A DNA stretch of 64,000 bases from Candidatus Aenigmatarchaeota archaeon. GTDB lineage: Archaea; Aenigmatarchaeota; Aenigmatarchaeia; GW2011-AR5. The notes under the pieces were generated by a model, which searched no databases, was not told the origin of the DNA, and saw only the letters and a program-made list of their open reading frames with translations. The stretch covers positions 768,001 through 832,000 of the forward strand of contig JACPJW010000001.1 in the NCBI GenBank assembly GCA_016187335.1. Reading direction: 5' to 3'. Position 1 is the stretch's first letter; each line of letters begins with the position of its first letter. Made by a program: the position numbers and the translations under genes. Positions 19,252 to 27,386 of the stretch are shown here, in pieces.

Positions 19252-19470
19252 TTATTCTGGCAGATAATTACGTTCTTTCAAGTCAAGCCTCAAATATTCG
19301 CCATCCGAAGTCTGGTAGTAAATTATCGGCTTGTTTTTTAATGCTTCTTCGATTATCCTTCGTGGAAGTTCTTCTCTTATCCGTCTGACCGCCAAATCTG
19401 GCAATTCGCTGCAGCCGGATAAAGACAACGATGCGGCAGTGAGCATCATAAGATAAGCCATTTTTCGCAT
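19252..19470 (-). CDS. Small lipoprotein
   Basis: Lipobox-like LSLSGC after a hydrophobic stretch. Confidence 0.55.
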   Translation of the reverse strand: MRKMAYLMMLTAASLSLSGCSELPDLAVRRIREELPRRIIEEALKNKPIIYYQTSDGEYLRLDLKERNYLPE

Positions 19471-19548
19471 TCTGAATCAGAATAATTAAGCAGAAAAACT
19501 TTTTACTCTTTCAGGGTTTTATGTATAAAAGCTTTTCTCACGTAAAAT

Positions 19549-20610
19549 ATGTCAATGGCTCTAGAAAAATTAGAGGGCGCAATGACAGCGCTCGTGACGC
19601 CGCTTTCTTATTCTGATACCCGCGCCGTTCACGTTGATTACGACGGTCTTGAGAAGCTTGTACATTTTCAGGTGGAAAACGGAATTCACGGAGTCGTTGC
19701 GTTGGGAACGACCGGACAGGGCCCTCTTCTGGCTGATATAGATGTTGATTTATGGAAAGAAGTTGCCAGATTGGTCGAAGATGGTGTTAGTGAAAGAGTT
19801 CCGCTAGTTATAGGCTGTGGCAGCGTTCCTACAATCAAAGCGGTAAAGCTTACCCATTATGCAAGTGAACTAGATGTTGATGCAACACTTCATGACACTG
19901 GCTATAAAATAAAAACTTCACCACAAGGCTTTTTTGAATACTTCAGAACCGTGGCTGGCGTAAATCCAAACATGCAAGTGATCGTCTACGATGTCCGTAG
20001 TAGAGGTCATCCGCCGATAAAACCGGAGACGCGCATCAGGATTGCAAAAGAAGTGCCGAACGCACGCATCATAAAAGATGCGTCCGGGTCCGAGGAGGAC
20101 TGGGTCGAGACAAGACGGCTGGCGGACGAAGCAGGTTTTGACGAGCATACTTACAAAATATTGTCAGGCGACGATCCTGCGACACAGAGAATGTGGACGG
20201 ACCCAAGGATAAGGGCTCGCGGCGTTATTTCTGTCTGGTCTAATATGCTGCCGCATGTTTATGCTATGCAGAATGAATTGCTGGATAAAGGAAGATATGA
20301 AGAAGCAGGGCGCATTGATGAAGATCTATCAGGGATTAACGGGATTGTAGGTATGACGGTCAACGGCCAGAATTACAGCAACCCCCAGGTTGTTCAGCAC
20401 GCCCTTTACATGATGGGAATGATAAAACAACCTTGGCTTGTTCACCCGCTTTTGGTTCTTCCTAAAGAAGGAAGGGATGAATTAGGCAGAAGACTTGCAA
20501 AACTTTATGCAAAAAGGTCTGACTGGTTCGGACCTATAGAAAGTGCTTTTGGAGTCCGCACCACTGACAAATTAGGCACATATCTCAAGCAGGTCGAAAC
20601 GACTCTTTGA
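19549..20610 (+). CDS. DHDPS/NAL-family Schiff-base aldolase (DapA-like), divergent
   Basis: TALVTP, GTTG, YDVRSR (Tyr/Arg), IKDASG (Schiff-base Lys), G(V)ISVWSN. Confidence 0.8.
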   Translation: MSMALEKLEGAMTALVTPLSYSDTRAVHVDYDGLEKLVHFQVENGIHGVVALGTTGQGPLLADIDVDLWKEVARLVEDGVSERVPLVIGCGSVPTIKAVKLTHYASELDVDATLHDTGYKIKTSPQGFFEYFRTVAGVNPNMQVIVYDVRSRGHPPIKPETRIRIAKEVPNARIIKDASGSEEDWVETRRLADEAGFDEHTYKILSGDDPATQRMWTDPRIRARGVISVWSNMLPHVYAMQNELLDKGRYEEAGRIDEDLSGINGIVGMTVNGQNYSNPQVVQHALYMMGMIKQPWLVHPLLVLPKEGRDELGRRLAKLYAKRSDWFGPIESAFGVRTTDKLGTYLKQVETTL

Positions 20611-20625
20611 TTCTATCATTTTTCT

Positions 20626-21681
20626 TCACAGCAGCGATTCCGAGTTCAAGGGATACGCCGTTGTCGCACGGATGTCTTTTGTGCCCAGCACGAACTGCGT
20701 GATGCGGTTCAGGCCGATGCCGCATCCCGAGTGCTGGACAGGATTTTCCCTGATGAGGTCGAGATACCACTCAAAGTCGCGGATGTCCTTTCCTCTTGCC
20801 TTGAGCTTTTTGTACATCTCCGATTTCAACAATTTCTCACGTAGAATTTCATGGTTCCATTCCCTTTCGGCGGAGCCCACGGCTTCTCCGCTGTTGGGCA
20901 GAATAAGGTCAGAGCTGTTCACTACCTTGGGATTGTTTTCGTTCCTTTTCATGTTGAAGAATTTTATTTCCTCAGGATAGTGCGTTATGAACGTCGGAAT
21001 GCCGTCCTGGACGATTAACGCTTCGTGGCTGCTTTTCAGGTCGTCGCCCCACTCAACGCTGACGCCGTTTTCGTTGAGCAGTCCAATGGCTTCCGCATAG
21101 GTTACGCGGCGGAAAGGCAGGCTTATTTTTCTCAGGCTATTCACGTCGACGCCCAAGAACTGCAGCTCATGCTTCCTGTAATGCACTGCGCGCTGTATCA
21201 TTGAGTGAACGGTGTTTTCTATATGGACAAGAAGTTCGTCAAAACCGCCGGGAAACTCGAATTCAACAAGAGAAAATTCGGCAAGGTGCCTTGCGTCCGC
21301 CGCCGGCTCTGCGCGGAAGCTCGGGCCGATGCAGAACACGTTGCCCAGAGAAGGTATCAGAGCCTCAAGGTAAAGCTGGCCCGTCTGCACAAGATACGCT
21401 TCCTCGCCGAAATAATCCAGCCCGAAAAGCGTGTCTATGTTCTCGCAGCTGCCTGTTATCCGGGTTATGTGCGGAACAATCACTTCCGTGAAGCCGTGCG
21501 CGTCAAAATACTGCCTTGCGCCTTTCAGCAGCTCGGCTTCAATGCTCACCACTGCTGCCAGCTCTGCTGACGTCAGGACTGCAGAGCGGTTTTTTGTCTG
21601 GTTCAGCTTTTCCATGTTTCCGCTTTCAAGAAAAGTGAACGTGGACTTGTCTAGTCTTGCTTCTTCAATAATATTTTCCAT
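20626..21681 (-). CDS. Class II (Asp/Asn/Lys)RS catalytic domain without anticodon OB-fold: archaeal-type asparagine synthetase A
   Basis: YLVQTGQLYLEA, motif 2 SFRAE...RHLAEF, EAVGSAERE, motif 3 HSGCGIGLNR; no N-terminal OB domain; start at MENIIEE after GGAGG. Confidence 0.8.
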   Translation of the reverse strand: MENIIEEARLDKSTFTFLESGNMEKLNQTKNRSAVLTSAELAAVVSIEAELLKGARQYFDAHGFTEVIVPHITRITGSCENIDTLFGLDYFGEEAYLVQTGQLYLEALIPSLGNVFCIGPSFRAEPAADARHLAEFSLVEFEFPGGFDELLVHIENTVHSMIQRAVHYRKHELQFLGVDVNSLRKISLPFRRVTYAEAIGLLNENGVSVEWGDDLKSSHEALIVQDGIPTFITHYPEEIKFFNMKRNENNPKVVNSSDLILPNSGEAVGSAEREWNHEILREKLLKSEMYKKLKARGKDIRDFEWYLDLIRENPVQHSGCGIGLNRITQFVLGTKDIRATTAYPLNSESLL

Positions 21682-21694
21682 TTGAAAACCTCCA

Positions 21695-21724
21695 AGCAAC
21701 TTTTTCACAAAAAGTTGCATCAAA
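21695..21724 (-). repeat. REP-like palindrome unit
   Basis: Minus strand TTTTGATGCAACTTTTT-GTG-AAAAAGTTGC. Confidence 0.7.
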
Positions 21725-21808
21725 AATTTCTGGAGGGAGAATCAGACCCTCTCTTACATTGTCCGGGCGGCTTTATAAAGATTTTTGGTTTTCTTCTAAC
21801 CGGTCGAT

Positions 21809-22213
21809 ATGGCACCAAAGCTGATGCGCTACGTTGCGGCAGGAGTTGCTTTTGCATTTCTAGCCGGATTTGGAGCCGGTTATAAATTCACAGACACCAG
21901 ACGCAGGGCTGAAATAGAGAACTTGACCCACGACCTTCAGATGCGGGAATACCTTTTCCGTGAAGCAGAAGAAAGGGCCAATAAGCTCAGCAATAGCATT
22001 CTTCCTGCGCGCTTCGTTGAGGCAAAGACACAACTCCCTAAAGAAGAAATTCTTAGGAGGGTTGAGAAGTACAACAGGGAAGACCCGGAATACTCCTTAT
22101 CAGCATTTTTCTACGGCAGTACTCTTGGTGGTTTTTTTGTTGTACCAAAAGAGCCCGGGGTTGGGTATCAGAAAAAAAGAATTGAAGAAGATACTAAAAA
22201 ACTTTCAAGATAA
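21809..22213 (+). CDS. Hypothetical protein with N-terminal TM/signal anchor and coiled coil
   Basis: Hydrophobic N-terminus (YVAAGVAFAFLAGFGAGY) then a heptad-like helix. Confidence 0.6.
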   Translation: MAPKLMRYVAAGVAFAFLAGFGAGYKFTDTRRRAEIENLTHDLQMREYLFREAEERANKLSNSILPARFVEAKTQLPKEEILRRVEKYNREDPEYSLSAFFYGSTLGGFFVVPKEPGVGYQKKRIEEDTKKLSR

Positions 22214-22217
22214 GGAA

Positions 22218-23396
22218 TTATTTCAGAAAGGCAGTCAGCTTCTTCTGTGTGAACATGTTCCTGAGCATCGTGCTTCTCCTGATCCATGTCTGCATCTTTA
22301 TGCGCATGCGGCTGTTTATGTGGTTCAGCGCCGAAAGCATGCTGTCGAATATTGTTGGTTTCTGCTGCAAAGCATCGCGCATACATTGTCTCACGTTCCA
22401 AACACCGAGAGGCACATAGCCCTCGTAGCATTCCCTGAACACAACCGCGCCTGCCTGTCTTCTCTCCTCAGCAAGCTTCTCCGCTATGGCAAAGCGCGCG
22501 GAATAGTAGCATCCTCCGATCTGCGCATAGCCGCGCTTGCCGCTGTGCGGCTCCCAGTCGCCGAAGATTTCCAGTTTATCGCCGATTATCTGGGGAAAGA
22601 ACGCCTCCATGGTCTCGTACTGCCAGTGCGTCGGCGCCAGCAATATCATGAACTTGTTCTGCAGGTGCTCTGTTTCATAAACGCGGTATTCATTTATCGT
22701 TGGCTGCTGCTTAACGTCTTCCAGCAGATGCAAGCCAAGCATGTCATCAACAGCAGTGATGGACCAGCGCGTCGGCACGAGCTTCCTGTTTTCTTCCAGT
22801 CCGAAAGCGCCCGTGCTGAAGGCTTTCTGGATCGCGGAGAAGAAAACGCCCTTTTCATATAGCGTTATGACAGCGTCCCTTGAAAGCAGGTCGGTATCAT
22901 AATAAGCCTTTTCCATATGCGGCACGAACTTTGCCGCATCAACCTTCATTTCCTTGAGCGGTGCGCTGGGGCCAAAAGGCTGCATTTCTTCGTGGACAAA
23001 CCTGCCGCGCGGCTTCTTCTTGAACTGCGCATCAATCTCAACGGATTTTTTGGCTAAAGCAATCTCCTGCAGAAGCGAAATCATTCTGCTTCTGTCCTTG
23101 ATGTTCACAGGCTCCTTGCCGCGGATCAGCGTGAGGCGAAAATCTATGATTTCTCCTTGCGTCTTATTTCCTATCCATCGCTCGGGCGTGTCCATTATGG
23201 CCGTGTCGCCCTGCATTGGCGGGACAAGGGGGCCCACATGAACGCGGGGGTATCCCTCGCGGCCAATAAAGACAGAAGGAGGGCTTGAGCCTTCTATGTG
23301 ATCGCTCGGCACAGTAATTGTCCTGAAAGGAAACCTGTAATACAAGCGCTCCAGATAACGCAGCTTGCCCTTGAACATAAAACCACACGCCATCAT
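22218..23396 (-). CDS. nreA: Nre family DNA repair protein (DUF650/DUF651) with C-terminal PIP box
   Basis: GSSPPSVFIGxxGYPRV, KLVPTRWSITAVDD, GGCYYSAR, VPLGVWNVR; C-terminal QKKLTAFL PIP-like motif. Confidence 0.9.
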   Translation of the reverse strand: MMACGFMFKGKLRYLERLYYRFPFRTITVPSDHIEGSSPPSVFIGREGYPRVHVGPLVPPMQGDTAIMDTPERWIGNKTQGEIIDFRLTLIRGKEPVNIKDRSRMISLLQEIALAKKSVEIDAQFKKKPRGRFVHEEMQPFGPSAPLKEMKVDAAKFVPHMEKAYYDTDLLSRDAVITLYEKGVFFSAIQKAFSTGAFGLEENRKLVPTRWSITAVDDMLGLHLLEDVKQQPTINEYRVYETEHLQNKFMILLAPTHWQYETMEAFFPQIIGDKLEIFGDWEPHSGKRGYAQIGGCYYSARFAIAEKLAEERRQAGAVVFRECYEGYVPLGVWNVRQCMRDALQQKPTIFDSMLSALNHINSRMRIKMQTWIRRSTMLRNMFTQKKLTAFLK

Positions 23397-23530
23397 AAAT
23401 TATGGCGCGGGAGTTTATTAGGATTTATGAAGAGAAGAAGATATACCATACCTAAGCGTGAAGTGATTCAATGCAGTTCCGTGCAAACCATTCCCAGAAA
23501 GGCTACCCTTCTAAAAAAGGCGCCGCAAGG

Positions 23531-23872
23531 ATGACACTGGCGTCGCACGCGAAAAAGTTGCACAACATAGCGCTTTACCGTCCCTCCGGCAAAGAAGATA
23601 TCAGGGAAGCTGCGGCGCTCCGGGACTTAATCAAGCAGTATGGAGGATTTGTCCGATATGTCGGCGACCTCAGATACCATAAGCCCAAGCTCCGAAGCCT
23701 TGCCGAGATAGGCATTTCAATCGGCAGAAGTCAGCATTATTTTGCCGGGCTTTCCAGGGCGGGCGTGTATCCGCTTACAGAAGATATTTGCAAGATCGCC
23801 GACTCTCTCGGAATGAGCATGCGGGATTTCTCGGAAGGATACAGGTCGGCTTGTTGCAAGAAAACGGCTTAA
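23531..23872 (+). CDS. Hypothetical protein
   Basis: ORF divergent from nre; no recognisable motif; start placed at ATG 23531. Confidence 0.5.
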   Translation: MTLASHAKKLHNIALYRPSGKEDIREAAALRDLIKQYGGFVRYVGDLRYHKPKLRSLAEIGISIGRSQHYFAGLSRAGVYPLTEDICKIADSLGMSMRDFSEGYRSACCKKTA

Positions 23873-24051
23873 CTGCTACGCTACAAAAAAGGCAAGTTCT
23901 TTTCCAGAGGCAAGTTAGCCAACTCCATTGGCTATGCGACCTTTGACGTAATCGAACGTTATGTGAGAAATCAGGAGAAACATCATCAGATTTCTTTGCA
24001 TTCTTTCTAAATCACAGGGAGATGCGGGCTTTAGCCCGCAGAGGAAGTCAC
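23873..24051 (+). mobile_element. tnpA: IS200/IS605 remnant: C-terminal tnpA fragment plus right-end hairpin
   Basis: LLRYKKGKFFSRGKLANSIGYATFDVIERYVRNQEKHH has the Y1 YxxxQ motif; followed by TGCGGGCT-TT-AGCCCGCA (24023-24040) and GAGGAAGTCAC; HUH half is missing. Confidence 0.8.
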
Positions 24052-24292
24052 ATTAATGATTTTTTGGATAATTACCAATACGATTTCGTTTAAATCGTAT
24101 TGACGCTGCGGAACCCCCGAAACTTGGCCATTTAAGGGTGTATGGCGGCGATGTAGAATCATAATCCCCGTCGAATAGACCTTTATAAGGTCCGTCCTCT
24201 TCCAGGCGGCTTGTTAAAACCAAATTTCTGCGTAGCATGGTGTCACCAAACATATTTTCATCTTCAAATATTTTAAAAATTACTGTTCAGAC

Positions 24293-24529
24293 TTATTTCC
24301 ACCCGCTGAAGCATTCTTCTATGTCCGACGGGTCATATTTAATATCCTTTATTTTCACGTACCATATCATCGCTTTACTGGGATTCAAAGGGTCTTCAAC
24401 TATTATGGTTTCTACTTCATAAATGCCCATAGGCTTTCCCGTCTTGAATTGAACGTAGCGTATTTGCTTTAGGACTTCTACATCCCCGCTTTTCCACAAG
24501 TCTTGCTGTATTTCCTTCAGTTTGGGCAT
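24293..24529 (-). CDS. Hypothetical protein
   Basis: 78-aa ORF with plausible composition and no motif. Confidence 0.5.
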   Translation of the reverse strand: MPKLKEIQQDLWKSGDVEVLKQIRYVQFKTGKPMGIYEVETIIVEDPLNPSKAMIWYVKIKDIKYDPSDIEECFSGWK

Positions 24530-24600
24530 GAGATTCCAGACATTTCAAACAATTTAACGCAGCGTCAAAGAAAAAACGTAATTTTCTCGTAATTCATGCG

Positions 24601-25248
24601 TTATTTCTTCCTATTCGGCTGTGTTTTCATCCAGACCCACGCCGCGACAGCGCCGAACAGGAAGCCGCCGACGTGCGCCCAGAAAGCGATGCCGCTGCCC
24701 GAGCCGCCAACAAGGCTTGTCGTGCCGAGGAAAAGCTGCATCAGAAACCAGAAGCCTATCATGTACTGCGCTGATATGGTGCCGCTGTAATATCCAGACA
24801 GGATACGCACGCGGACATCCGGAAAGAATATCCAGTAAGCGCCAAGCACGCCTGATATGGCTCCTGAAGCCCCTATTGCCGGTATGCTGGAGCCGATATT
24901 TGTCAGGTAATGCGTGGCTGTAGCTGCTACCCCCGAAAGCAGGTAGAAAACGACAAATTTTGCCTTGCCTAATTTGTCCTCAACGTTGTCGCCGAAAATC
25001 CACAGGTACCACATGTTGCCGAAGATGTGGTCGAAGCCGCCGTGCAGGAACATAGAAGTGAATATGGTGAGCAGCGAAGCGGCCGCGGGCTTGAAGCCGT
25101 AATTGTCAATAACAGCTTCGAAATTAGACAGCGACCACAGGAAAATCAGGACGTTTGTCGCAATCAGCGCATAAGTAACGTAGGCTCTGCTCTTCGCTAT
25201 GTTCTCGTCCTTGTAAGGGAAAAACTGTCCTTTCATGAAAACCATCAA
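24601..25248 (-). CDS. Rhomboid intramembrane serine protease
   Basis: FLHGGFDHIFGNMWYL, GDNVED, GASGAISG, AHVGG. Confidence 0.95.
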   Translation of the reverse strand: MMVFMKGQFFPYKDENIAKSRAYVTYALIATNVLIFLWSLSNFEAVIDNYGFKPAAASLLTIFTSMFLHGGFDHIFGNMWYLWIFGDNVEDKLGKAKFVVFYLLSGVAATATHYLTNIGSSIPAIGASGAISGVLGAYWIFFPDVRVRILSGYYSGTISAQYMIGFWFLMQLFLGTTSLVGGSGSGIAFWAHVGGFLFGAVAAWVWMKTQPNRKK

Positions 25249-25393
25249 TTAAACGGAAAATTCTGGCGCATCACGAAAGAATTACGCTTGAGCACAGATT
25301 TCTATTTCCGCTTTAATCCCTCGTTTCTCCGCGAAATTTTAAATACTACGGCTTGCATATTCTGACTTACCTATGATTTGACGAGGTGATTTG

Positions 25394-25564
25394 ATGAGCT
25401 ATGTGGTTGCTTCGCAGGTGAAGGAACTGATAAAGAAGCACGAGATGCAGTGCGCTTCGGACTTCTGCGACGCTTTGGACAAGGTTGTGGAGGCAAAGGT
25501 TGCAAAGGCGACTGAGCGCGCAAAGAGCAATGACAGGAAGACTGTCAGAGCGGGCGACTTGTAA
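25394..25564 (+). CDS. Singlet histone-fold protein, alpha3-truncated (Bd0055 / face-to-face type)
   Basis: MSYVVASQVKELIKKHEMQCASDFCDALDKVVEAKVAKATERAKSNDRKTVRAGDL*; RKTVxxxD L2 motif; GAGGTGA SD; 56 aa so absent from the track. Confidence 0.85.
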   Translation: MSYVVASQVKELIKKHEMQCASDFCDALDKVVEAKVAKATERAKSNDRKTVRAGDL

Positions 25565-25719
25565 GGCGGGTTTCTTGTTTTTTAATCTGTTTCTTGTTTT
25601 TATTTTTACTAAGCAGAAATAGAAGCGCAGATATTAAAGTAGAAAACGAGAAATATTTTCTGCCTTAGAAAAAGGTTATAGAAAATAAAAGAAAAAAATC
25701 AGAATACTTTTTGACCCTT

Positions 25720-25758
25720 TTGATCAAATGAAACTTTTTGAAAAAAGTTTCATCAAAA
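25720..25758. repeat. REP-like palindrome unit between convergent histone and SWIB-like genes
   Basis: ATGAAACTTTTT-GA-AAAAAGTTTCAT (25728-25753) followed by CAAAA; reads TTTTGATGAAACTTTT... on the minus strand. Confidence 0.75.
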
Positions 25759-25760
25759 TT

Positions 25761-25913
25761 TTACTTCCCAGACAGCTTGTGCTTCTTGATGTATACCCAC
25801 AGCTTCTTCGTCATCTCGCTCGGAGCGAGCTTGCCTGAGCCGAATACGTCCTCAACAGTTTCCTTGCGGCCCTTGAAGCTTATGGAATATCCGCCAAATG
25901 CTTTCTTTGCCAT
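25761..25913 (-). CDS. Short SWIB/MDM2-like protein (N-terminal two-thirds of domain)
   Basis: MAKKAFGGYSISFKGRKETVEDVFGSGKLAPSEMTKKLWVYIKKHKLSGK*; the SEMTKKLWxYIKxxxL motif matches SWIB helix 2; AGGTGA SD. Confidence 0.65.
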   Translation of the reverse strand: MAKKAFGGYSISFKGRKETVEDVFGSGKLAPSEMTKKLWVYIKKHKLSGK

Positions 25914-26254
25914 TATTGTTCACCTGAGAATAATTAGGAAAATAGTTTTTTAAGTCAGAAAAAAGGCAGTCTTAACGACTAGGAAGAGGTGATAATCAAG
26001 TCAATTCAATATCCCAGCAAGTCGTAACGAACTCTTATATGAGCACCCTGCGCTACCATCCAATAAGGATCTAGTCACAATCTTTCGCCCTGAGTTAGAC
26101 AAAGTACAGCGAACCTTTCAGAAATTCTTCCCATCATAAAATCATGGAAAATGCCATCTACATACTGTAACGATTTTTTTCGAATATCTCTTTCTTCCCG
26201 AACATCTCGGATAAATGTAGTTACGCCTTTCAACATTTGAGAAATCATAGTAAT

Positions 26255-26593
26255 TTATTCCCTCTGTATCCTTGCCCTGCTTGGGGTGACTATAATCCAG
26301 TCGTCGCCGACGCCTGCAATGTCGCCGTTCAGGTTGCCGACGCTGAGCTTTAATTTGTTCACGCACTGCTTCAGGTCGTCCAGGTTGGTTTCCTTGAGAT
26401 CGCGCATTCCTGCCACGACAATGTTGCCCGCCTTTATCTGCTTTATGATGCGGTCCACTGCGCCCAGAGAATCAATCTTGTCAACAACAACGTGAACCAT
26501 CGGAAGCTCCTCTTCGCCTTCCAGCTCGTGGTATTCTTCCGCAGCCGGCTCCGGCTCTTCCTTCTTTTTCCTGAACATGTCCAATAGTCCCAT
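26255..26593 (-). CDS. sepF: Archaeal SepF-like cell-division protein (DUF552)
   Basis: N-terminal amphipathic MGLLDMFRKK, GNIVV, GDIAGVGDDWIIVTPSxxRI. Confidence 0.85.
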   Translation of the reverse strand: MGLLDMFRKKKEEPEPAAEEYHELEGEEELPMVHVVVDKIDSLGAVDRIIKQIKAGNIVVAGMRDLKETNLDDLKQCVNKLKLSVGNLNGDIAGVGDDWIIVTPSRARIQRE

Positions 26594-26773
26594 GATATCA
26601 CGTAATAAAACGCTGCTGAACTTTTTAAGGTTATCACGGAAAAAACTTTAAGAAGGGAAAATCAATCCGGAAATGCAACTGAAAGCCTGTTATGAATGTA
26701 ATCCACCATAAAGGACTTTCACTTTCTGTTTTACGATTTTTTATAGTTTCAAGTGCATTTTATCTTGATATTC

Positions 26774-26905
26774 ATGGGTATACTAAGCCTCGAAGACAAG
26801 CCCGTTGCAGGCAAGTGCGCCATGTGCGGCGGCAAGATGGAAAGGGCGGCATTAGGCTACATCTGCAACGCCTGCAGGGACGGCATGAGGCAGAAGAAGC
26901 AGTAA
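26774..26905 (+). CDS. Small zinc-finger microprotein (CxxCGG...CxxC)
   Basis: MGILSLEDKPVAGKCAMCGGKMERAALGYICNACRDGMRQKKQ*, 43 aa. Confidence 0.65.
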   Translation: MGILSLEDKPVAGKCAMCGGKMERAALGYICNACRDGMRQKKQ

Positions 26906-26933
26906 AGTTTTTTTAAGGAAGAAAAACAATACA

Positions 26934-27359
26934 ATGGCATTACAGGTTGCGAAAAGATGGCATATGAAACAAAATTCATCAGGAAAGTTTTCGCGAAGGT
27001 ATATCATTATTTCTGACACAGTATTAGAAAACTGGAGACAGGGAAATTCTGCATTCTTTGACAACGGTTATAGATGCGCATTGCCTCTAGGCTACGTTGT
27101 CCAGAGGCCAAAGGGGCCTACAAGCCCGAGACCGGGTGTAATTTACCATGAATACGAAGTTTCATGTATAAAGGACGGGTCAAGGTCGCTAATGGCTGGC
27201 TATGCCCACGAAAATGAGGTAAATATACTTTACTCGGGATTTCATGGATGGACTTCATGGAAAGAAGTCGGAAGAGCGCTGCGTAAAATATTTTGCCCTG
27301 ACGGCGGAAGGATGGTCAGGGGAAAATTGCATCAAAACATAAGGAGAGAGCCCGACTAA
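26934..27359 (+). CDS. Hypothetical protein
   Basis: 141-aa ORF, no motif. Confidence 0.55.
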   Translation: MALQVAKRWHMKQNSSGKFSRRYIIISDTVLENWRQGNSAFFDNGYRCALPLGYVVQRPKGPTSPRPGVIYHEYEVSCIKDGSRSLMAGYAHENEVNILYSGFHGWTSWKEVGRALRKIFCPDGGRMVRGKLHQNIRREPD

Positions 27360-27386
27360 AGCCCCCTATAGAAGGAGGCAGAACTT

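Noticed and set aside
21682-21723. N-terminal extension MMQLFVKKLLGGFQ of the AsnA-like ORF in the track
   Set aside because: It is the translation of a REP palindrome plus the GGAGG SD; the real start is more likely ATG 21681
26075-26248. 57-codon minus-strand frame (MISQMLKGV...) followed by TGA and a short in-frame continuation
   Set aside because: No motif, SD or homology evidence; cannot distinguish a decayed orphan from noise
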